NCBI RefSeq assembly: GCF_000299365.1
Contig: NC_018655.1
Location: 1,590,001-1,622,000, forward strand
Length of the DNA stretch: 32,000 nucleotides
From: Candidatus Nitrosopumilus koreensis AR1
GTDB taxonomy: Archaea; Thermoproteota; Nitrososphaeria; Nitrososphaerales; Nitrosopumilaceae
Direction: 5' to 3'
Part shown: positions 26,262 through 32,000 of the stretch, in pieces
Numbering within the stretch: position 1 is the stretch's first letter
How the letters are laid out: every line of letters begins with the position of its first letter
Made by a program: the position numbers and the translations under genes
Notes under the pieces: model-generated
Told to the model about the DNA's origin: nothing
Database searches by the model: none
What the model saw: only the letters and a program-made list of their open reading frames with translations

Positions 26262-26804
26262 ATGAGTGCTACAAATGAACTTCGCGCAGATCACGTACAG
26301 GTAAGACGTCTTGAAAAAATTGTTTTCAAATGTGCAGAGGAATTAAAAAATGGAACAGATATTCCATTTTCTGATCTTACAAAGATAACTATTGTTATAT
26401 CTGAATTTGTAGATACAATTCACCATTCTAGAGAAGAGGACTCTTATTTTCCATGTGTAGCAAGCTATGATTCTCTAAAAGATGAAATTCATAAATTTCT
26501 GGTTGAACATGAATTTGGAAGAAATGTTGCAAGAAAAATCCATCACCATCTAAAACAATGGAAAGCAGGTGAAGATGCAAGAGAACCTGTCTCAAGATAT
26601 CTTAAAACATATGCAATATTTCTCAACGATCATCTAAACAAAGAAAACAAATTCTTTGATAACGTAGAAGCTAATGTTTTATCAAAAGAGGAAGAAACAG
26701 ACATGTATGAACAATACAGATCTATATTTGCAGTCGTAAAGAAAGTTGAGGATATGATCAAAGAAATTGATTTCTTAGAGAATCAACCTTGGTTTAAAAA
26801 TTAA
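26262..26804 (+). CDS. hemerythrin-like (HHE cation-binding) domain protein
   Basis: 180 aa with His/Glu ligand spacing (LRADH..., IHHSREED, VEHEFGR, NDHLNKENKFF) characteristic of hemerythrin-like four-helix bundles. Confidence 0.6.
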   Translation: MSATNELRADHVQVRRLEKIVFKCAEELKNGTDIPFSDLTKITIVISEFVDTIHHSREEDSYFPCVASYDSLKDEIHKFLVEHEFGRNVARKIHHHLKQWKAGEDAREPVSRYLKTYAIFLNDHLNKENKFFDNVEANVLSKEEETDMYEQYRSIFAVVKKVEDMIKEIDFLENQPWFKN

Positions 26805-26825
26805 CGTAAGCTCTTTATGGGCTGA

Positions 26826-27356
26826 TTGGAAATTTTTTACATGAAACCTTTTGTTCTTTGGATGACTGGTCTCCCATGTTCTGGAAAGACTACAATCGTA
26901 AAAGATCTGCAAAAAGATATTCCAAATTTGGCAATGCTTGATGGAGATGAATTAAGAGAATGGTTTTCTCCAAAAGACTTTTCAAAAGCAGGACGTGATG
27001 AACACAACAAAAAAGTTGCTCATTTGGCAAAATTGTTGTTAAAACATGGTGTTCCAAGCGCAGTATCTCTGGTATCTCCATATCTTGAGAACCGAGAAAA
27101 TGCCAGAAAGATTATCGACGCAGGTGATCAGTTTGCAGAGTGTTATGTCAAATGTTCATTAGAAGAGTGCGAAAAAAGAGATGTCAAAGGCATGTATGCC
27201 AAGGCAAGAAAAGGGGAGATCAAAGGATTCACAGGAATTGATGATCCTTACGAAGCTCCAGAAAAAGCAGATCTAATTGTTGATACAGAAAATGAATCAC
27301 TTGATGATAGTGCAAACAAAGTAAAGGACTTTCTTAAATCAAGAAACCTACTCTAA
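26826..27356 (+). CDS. cysC: adenylylsulfate (APS) kinase
   Basis: It has the P-loop WMTGLPCSGKTT, LDGDELR and the SLVSPY motif. The likely true start is ATG 26841 (MKPFVLW). Confidence 0.85.
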   Translation: MEIFYMKPFVLWMTGLPCSGKTTIVKDLQKDIPNLAMLDGDELREWFSPKDFSKAGRDEHNKKVAHLAKLLLKHGVPSAVSLVSPYLENRENARKIIDAGDQFAECYVKCSLEECEKRDVKGMYAKARKGEIKGFTGIDDPYEAPEKADLIVDTENESLDDSANKVKDFLKSRNLL

Positions 27357-28163
27357 TTTTTTAAATTCATCAACTATTGTTTGATGAATAATTCCATTTG
27401 TAACTAGAATTCCATTTTGATGATACACTTCCTTATTGTTGTATGAAATATCGTTTCCCAGCATATCTGTCATTTTGCCCCCTGCTTCAGAAATTATACA
27501 ATATGATGCAGCTGTATCCCATTCTTTCATTTTATTTGTAGTTGTAATGTATGCATCAGCCTCACCTGATGCAATTTTTCCAACCTTTAATGAACTACCT
27601 ATACTTGTAAAGTCTTCAATTCCTAATTTTTTGATAAATGCTTTTTCTTTGTCTGACAGGTGATGCCTGGAGCCCACAGTTCTACACTTTGGAAGTTCTG
27701 ATGTTGTAGTAACTGAGATCTTTTCCCATTCTTCATTATGATATCTAAATGCGCCCCTCTTCTTTTGTGCAACAAACAATGTTTTTTCAGTAGGCCAACC
27801 TATTACTCCTAGAATTGGTTTTTTGTTTTTTACAAGTGCAATCATTACAGTAAATTCACCTGTTTTATCAATAAAATCTGAAGTGCCGTCTAAAGGATCA
27901 ACTATCCAAATTATCTCTTCAGATAATCTACTTTGATCATCATTATCTTCCTCAGATAAGATTTTGTACTCTGTTTTAGAAAGAATTTTTTTAATGATCT
28001 CGTTACTTTTTAGATCTGCCTCTGTAATTGGCGAATCATCTTTTTTGGTAAATTCTTCGAACTCACCTTTGTATATCTCCAAAATTGTATTTCCTGCTAC
28101 TTGTGCTGCCTCAATTGCAATATCTAATTCAGGAATTTTTTCTGTAATTGGTATGCCTTTCAA
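27348..28163 (-). CDS. cysQ: inositol monophosphatase family protein, likely 3'(2'),5'-bisphosphate nucleotidase
   Basis: IMPase-family motifs are present (ILSEED, WIVDPLDGTSDF, GSSLKVGKIASGEADAY, WDTAA). The CysQ role is inferred from convergence with cysC. Confidence 0.7.
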   Translation of the reverse strand: MKGIPITEKIPELDIAIEAAQVAGNTILEIYKGEFEEFTKKDDSPITEADLKSNEIIKKILSKTEYKILSEEDNDDQSRLSEEIIWIVDPLDGTSDFIDKTGEFTVMIALVKNKKPILGVIGWPTEKTLFVAQKKRGAFRYHNEEWEKISVTTTSELPKCRTVGSRHHLSDKEKAFIKKLGIEDFTSIGSSLKVGKIASGEADAYITTTNKMKEWDTAASYCIISEAGGKMTDMLGNDISYNNKEVYHQNGILVTNGIIHQTIVDEFKKLE

Positions 28164-28172
28164 AATACATTC

Positions 28173-28382
28173 CTATGTTGTAAGTTCTGGCTTTAGTGTC
28201 CATACCACCCCAAGCGCGATAAATGGAATGGAAATAATACCAATAATTCCCAGAATTGTGAAAAACTGAGATTCTGAAACTTCTGGATTGTTTACTATCC
28301 ATGGAAGTGGCAAAGATACAATTATCCAAATAACTCCTAATAATACGATCAACTTTGCTTTAGCTTTTCTACTTTTCATCAT
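28173..28382 (-). CDS. small two-helix membrane protein
   Basis: 69 aa with two hydrophobic helices. It lies between the SDR and cysQ genes on the same strand. Confidence 0.45.
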   Translation of the reverse strand: MMKSRKAKAKLIVLLGVIWIIVSLPLPWIVNNPEVSESQFFTILGIIGIISIPFIALGVVWTLKPELTT

Positions 28383-28419
28383 GATTCATCTCTTTAGGTT
28401 GTATTAAATTCATGTGAAT

Positions 28420-29172
28420 TTATTTTGTTGATTCTCCTCCATCTACTGCAAGAATAGCTCCAGTGATCCATAATGCGTCATCTGACGCAAAATAGAGTAC
28501 AGCCTTTGCTACTTCTTCTGGTTTTCCTATTCTACCTAATGGATGTTCTGCATTCATGAAATCCCTATCTTTTTGAGTTTTTACAAATGGTTTTGTCATG
28601 TCTGTGTCTACTACTCCTGGACAAATACAATTCACCCTGATTTTGTTTTTTGAATATTCAAGAGCCCAACACTTTGTAAGTATGATTAATGCTGCCTTTG
28701 TTGCTGAATATGCATCAGCGTTAAATCCTTGATATGCCTTCAATCCTGCATCTGATGAAATATTAATTATTGATCCTGATGTTTTTTGTAAATGTGGGAT
28801 TGCCTCTTTTGTAACCCTGTATTGTCCTGTAAGATTTACATCTAAAACTTCATTCCATTCATCTTCTTCAATTTCATGCAGTTGTTTTATCCTTGGAAAA
28901 ACCCCTGCATTATTTACAAGAATATCCAACCTTCCAAATTTTTCAACAATTTTTTGTACTGCATTTTTCACCTCATTAGAATTTCTGATGTCCGCAGTAA
29001 TTGCAAATACATTAGAAATTTCAGCTAATTTTTCTAATCGCTTTTGATCTTTTCCTGTAATTGCTACTTTGGCTCCATTTTCTAGCAAAACTTTTGCAGT
29101 GGCAAATCCTATTCCTCTGCTTCCACCAGTCACTAAAGCAACTTTTCCTGATAAAGACAACAGCTTTAGCAT
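28420..29172 (-). CDS. short-chain dehydrogenase/reductase (FabG-like)
   Basis: It has the classical SDR motifs TGGSRGIG, NNAG and the S...YSATK catalytic triad. The length is 250 aa. Confidence 0.85.
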   Translation of the reverse strand: MLKLLSLSGKVALVTGGSRGIGFATAKVLLENGAKVAITGKDQKRLEKLAEISNVFAITADIRNSNEVKNAVQKIVEKFGRLDILVNNAGVFPRIKQLHEIEEDEWNEVLDVNLTGQYRVTKEAIPHLQKTSGSIINISSDAGLKAYQGFNADAYSATKAALIILTKCWALEYSKNKIRVNCICPGVVDTDMTKPFVKTQKDRDFMNAEHPLGRIGKPEEVAKAVLYFASDDALWITGAILAVDGGESTK

Positions 29173-29326
29173 AAAACTTCGTAATTTATAGATCGATTTT
29201 TAGTAAATAGGAATAAAATATTTCAATAATTAAAAATTTATTTGTAATTTTTTATATAAACTATTAAATAGTTGAAGTTCCTATAACTATTAATGCCGAA
29301 GGATATAATTCCTATCGACTAAAATC

Positions 29327-29420
29327 GCGTAACCCCGCAGAACGACATAGGCAATCAAACGCAAGGTCGTTTGACAACGAGAGGGAATCTCTCATAGTTC
29401 TGCAATGAAGGGGATTACGC
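29327..29420. ncRNA. candidate structured RNA element (three-way junction), class unknown
   Basis: A 94-nt island at 47/94 GC sits in a ~12% GC spacer. A closing helix pairs 29327-29336 with 29411-29420 and 29337-29343 with 29397-29403, with a 6-7 nt one-sided bulge. Two perfect hairpins lie at 29355-29374 and 29379-29393. The single non-Watson-Crick position is C.A on the plus strand and U.G on the minus strand. T-runs follow the element on either strand. Confidence 0.45.
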
Positions 29421-29425
29421 CTCTT

Positions 29426-29857
29426 TTAATTTTGTAAAATATCTACTGATACTGACCCTATCACATTTCCATTTGGATTAATAGAAATTGTAATTTGTTG
29501 ATTCTCTGAAATCAAAATTTCTTTTTGACCTATATACTCCCAAGTAAAATATTGTGAAATTCCAGTTTCATGTGAAGTACCTTGTAGCCTAAAATCTTCT
29601 GAAAAATCTATCTTTTCTCCACTTAATGAAATTGATAAAATTTTTGGACTGCTACCATTTGGAACAAATCTAAATGAATATTCTCCACTATCAATTTCAA
29701 ATGTTTCAGAATATACTCCCTCAATATACAAATCAGGATCTGCCAGTGTTACATGAAATATAACATTGCTTTTCTCACCAGAATCCTCTAGAGAGAAACT
29801 AACTAGAAAAATTCCAATAATTATAACTACGGGAATTATTATTAATTTTTTATTCAA
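29426..29857 (-). CDS. small exported/membrane-anchored hypothetical protein
   Basis: 143 aa with an N-terminal hydrophobic anchor (LIIIPVVIIIGIFLVSF) and a beta-rich body. No recognisable family. Confidence 0.5.
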   Translation of the reverse strand: MNKKLIIIPVVIIIGIFLVSFSLEDSGEKSNVIFHVTLADPDLYIEGVYSETFEIDSGEYSFRFVPNGSSPKILSISLSGEKIDFSEDFRLQGTSHETGISQYFTWEYIGQKEILISENQQITISINPNGNVIGSVSVDILQN

Positions 29858-29894
29858 TAAAACAAACTCTAAATTCCATTATAAAAACAAATTT

Positions 29895-30446
29895 CTATTT
29901 TTCTCTTATCTTTTTTGTTAGTGCTTCTAATTTTTCAAGATTTTCTAAAATCCATGGATCATTTATCAAATCCATAATTTCTTCCATCTTGAATAGTTTT
30001 GGAGTAGTCATGCCCTCTTCAAAATCATATAGTTTGATTATTCTATTTTTTACGTTTTTAGATTCTATCTTTTTATTATGTGCAAAATTATGTGCAAAAT
30101 CATTTCTAATTTCTCTAATTTTATTTAGCGTTTGCTGAATCCTTATTCTTGTTTTTTCATCAATCTCTTTTTTAAAATCTTGATGATTTTTCATGATTCT
30201 TGATATCCAAATTATTTTTGTTCCAAAAGATGCAGTTCTATCTTCATCAAATACTGTTTTGGCCCATAAAGGAAAATCATTTTTATCTCGCAAAAATAGA
30301 TCTGAAATAATCACAGTAAGAGTTGAATCTAATACTGAAACATAACTGAGAAAATTACCTCTTATTCGATTTACCAAATTGATATATTCTTTGTCTGTAA
30401 GTTCTTGGGAATTATCTGGTAAATCAAAACCAAATACTTCATTCAT
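29895..30446 (-). CDS. HEPN-motif protein (MtlR/Abi-like), candidate RNase or defence-type protein
   Basis: 183-aa all-helical ORF. LNKIREIRNDFAHNFAHN contains the Rx4H HEPN signature preceded by FGTKIIWISRI, as in MtlR/Abi-like HEPN families. Two 60-nt lines I counted are 25% GC. Confidence 0.55.
   Translation of the reverse strand: MNEVFGFDLPDNSQELTDKEYINLVNRIRGNFLSYVSVLDSTLTVIISDLFLRDKNDFPLWAKTVFDEDRTASFGTKIIWISRIMKNHQDFKKEIDEKTRIRIQQTLNKIREIRNDFAHNFAHNKKIESKNVKNRIIKLYDFEEGMTTPKLFKMEEIMDLINDPWILENLEKLEALTKKIREK
30076..30099. repeat. perfect 12-bp tandem duplication (TTATGTGCAAAA x2) inside the HEPN-motif gene
   Basis: Read directly from the sequence. On the coding strand it duplicates FAHN, giving RNDFAHNFAHN. 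Confidence 0.95.
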
Positions 30447-30521
30447 AAGTTATGCCTAAAAAAATACTAAATAGATTTTTGTACTGCATTTTTCATCTTT
30501 GTTAGTCAAGTTACACATACT

Positions 30522-31220
30522 GTGAATCATTCTTTACACATGAAATTAAGTACATTTTCCTATAGTGAAACCATGGCTAATCTTAGTAAAAAGTGGACTA
30601 AACCGCCAACTCCTAGTATTGGTGAAAAACTTGGTGATGCAGTCAAGCCTAAAGGTGCTCTAAAACCAAGAGTACAAGAAGGAGTCAAAAAATTACGATT
30701 ACAGATTCAAAAATTGGACAAAATGTTGTCAGGATTACAAGAACGTGATGGACAACTATTTGCAAGAATAGTAGAGGCAACACAAAAACATGATACTCAA
30801 ACAAGTAAGGTTCTAGGAAACGAACTAGCCGAAATTAGAAAAGTTATCAAAATTATGAGCAGTGCAAGAATTGCCCTTGAGCAAATCGAATTAAGATTAA
30901 CAACATTTAGTGATCTTGGAGATACCGTAGTAGCAATTATGCCCACCATGGGACTGATGAAGAATCTCAAATCGTCTCTTGGAAAAGTAATGCCAGGTGC
31001 AGAAGCTGAAATTGGCCAAATGGCTGAAATGTTAGGCGGATTTATGACTGAAAGTTTCTCAGGTGATGCAGCATTTGGTATGGATACATCCACAAATGCT
31101 GAATCTGATGCAATTCTCAAGGAGGCCGCAGCAGTGGCTGAGAGTTCAACAGGACAAATGTTCCCATCAGTTCCATCTGATGCAAGCACATCAACTGCAA
31201 CAACTTCAAAATTTTACTAG
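30522..31220 (+). CDS. cdvB: ESCRT-III (Snf7-family) cell-division protein CdvB paralogue
   Basis: The helical hairpin core (LFARIVEATQKHD...LGNELAEIRKVIKIMSSARIALEQIELRLTTFSDLGDTVVAIMP) matches my recollection of crenarchaeal and thaumarchaeal CdvB. The likely start is ATG 30573 (MANLSKKW). Confidence 0.75.
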   Translation: MNHSLHMKLSTFSYSETMANLSKKWTKPPTPSIGEKLGDAVKPKGALKPRVQEGVKKLRLQIQKLDKMLSGLQERDGQLFARIVEATQKHDTQTSKVLGNELAEIRKVIKIMSSARIALEQIELRLTTFSDLGDTVVAIMPTMGLMKNLKSSLGKVMPGAEAEIGQMAEMLGGFMTESFSGDAAFGMDTSTNAESDAILKEAAAVAESSTGQMFPSVPSDASTSTATTSKFY

Positions 31221-31245
31221 AATAAATAAACTAATTTTTAAATTA

Positions 31246-31707
31246 TTATGCTGACTCTCTAGATTCTTTTATCTTTTTAACTCTACTACCCTCATCATCA
31301 ATAATTCTATCAACACCTGATAGTTTCTCCCGTAAATTATTGATTATAGTTCCAACTTCATCAGCTTCAGATTCTACTCGTTTTCTCTTTTCAGCAAGCT
31401 CTGAAATCCCTCTATTTTCTTCCTCAATATACTCACTAACTTTTTGGAGTTTCTCTTTAAGATTTTTGATATCTACTGATTCTTCTTCAATGTCTTTTTC
31501 AAGCAAAGTTCGTTTATCTTTAAGATTCTTAATCATTAGACCAACATAATCAATTGCCTCTTCAAGCTGGGCACGTTTCCCCATTAATTCCCCAATTCCA
31601 ATTTGACTTGGAGTATCAGTAAATTCTGGAGTCTCTCCTGCAGTGTTTTCTTCAGGTCTTTCTTCTACCATTTCTCCTCCCTCTTCTTTCTTGAATTTAT
31701 CAAACAT
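31246..31707 (-). CDS. acidic coiled-coil protein
   Basis: 153 aa, heptad-rich and rich in Glu and Lys (KNLKDKRTLLEKDIEEESVDIKNLKEKLQKVSEYIEEE). It converges on cdvB. Confidence 0.5.
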   Translation of the reverse strand: MFDKFKKEEGGEMVEERPEENTAGETPEFTDTPSQIGIGELMGKRAQLEEAIDYVGLMIKNLKDKRTLLEKDIEEESVDIKNLKEKLQKVSEYIEEENRGISELAEKRKRVESEADEVGTIINNLREKLSGVDRIIDDEGSRVKKIKESRESA

Positions 31708-31809
31708 TTTATGATTTACTTTTCAAAATGGGAATAAAAAGTTACTATGAATCCCAAAGCTGACAAGGTGAATGATTTTTACTCAAAAAAAAAGGAAAAA
31801 TGTGGTGAA

Positions 31810-32000
31810 TTATCTCACCGAAATTGAATTTCTGAACTCTTGGTTAGAATCAACTGATTTTTCAAAATTAGTATCTCCAATCTGAAGAAATTTGATATTT
31901 TGGCCCATCTCAGGATTTGTTGCAGAATTGAAGAGAACTTCAAAAACATTCTCATTTTCTGTAAACTTTCCAGAAAATACAACTTTGTAACTGAGATCCT
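31810..32000 (-). CDS. 3' end of a gene running off the right edge (partial)
   Basis: My own translation of the minus strand is open from the window edge to the TAA stop (plus-strand 31810-31812). It reads DLSYKVVFSGKFTENENVFEVLFNSATNPEMGQNIKFLQIGDTNFEKSVDSNQEFRNSISVR. It is not in the track because no long start-to-stop ORF fits inside the window. Confidence 0.3.
   Translation of the reverse strand, partial: DLSYKVVFSGKFTENENVFEVLFNSATNPEMGQNIKFLQIGDTNFEKSVDSNQEFRNSISVR

Noticed and set aside
29327-29420. tRNA (possibly intron-containing), 5S rRNA, C/D-box sRNA, H/ACA sRNA or hammerhead ribozyme as identities for the structured element.
   Set aside because: A 7-bp acceptor-like helix exists, but no T-arm with a TTCRA loop or D-arm can be placed on either strand. 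There are no RUGAUGA/CUGA boxes, no 3' ACA and no CUGAUGA..GAAA core. The element is too short and wrongly organised for 5S rRNA. It therefore stays unclassified.
31747-31827. Short ORFs in intergenic spacers, such as the 26-codon ATG ORF at 31747 and the 16-codon ORF at 20181.
   Set aside because: They are too short, have no motifs, sit in A-rich low-complexity context and lack any conservation evidence.

Overview
This is an AT-rich archaeal chromosomal segment, roughly one-third GC from spot counts. It carries about 40 tightly packed protein genes on both strands. The gene content includes both family-D DNA polymerase subunits, Orc1/Cdc6, two TFB paralogues, GGGP synthase, an ESCRT-III/CdvB homologue, CDC48 and two Hsp20s. 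PolD together with Cdv proteins points, by inference, to an ammonia-oxidising thaumarchaeon of the Nitrosopumilus type. The main non-coding feature is a replication origin at 6066-6532. It has two perfect 25-bp ORB-like repeats, an inverted mini-ORB and a ~93-bp A/T unwinding stretch. It also holds a strong cluster of GTTAAC palindromes, and a group of four small DNA-binding-protein genes lies just to its left. One of these is a 53-aa AbrB-type ORF missing from the supplied track. Two conserved genes, an NDH-2-like oxidoreductase and a TFB, are each split by a single-base indel in an A/T homopolymer. Sequencing or assembly error is the simplest explanation. The most accessory-looking stretch is 29.3-30.5 kb. 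It contains a low-GC gene with an Rx4H HEPN motif duplicated by a 12-bp in-frame tandem repeat, a small exported protein, and a 94-nt, 50% GC element in a ~12% GC spacer that folds as a three-way junction. I saw no rRNA, tRNA, CRISPR array, transposase or integrase. I see no compelling evidence for a complete novel multi-gene system. The best candidates are the origin GTTAAC/wHTH module and the HEPN-plus-structured-RNA cassette, and both are hypotheses.
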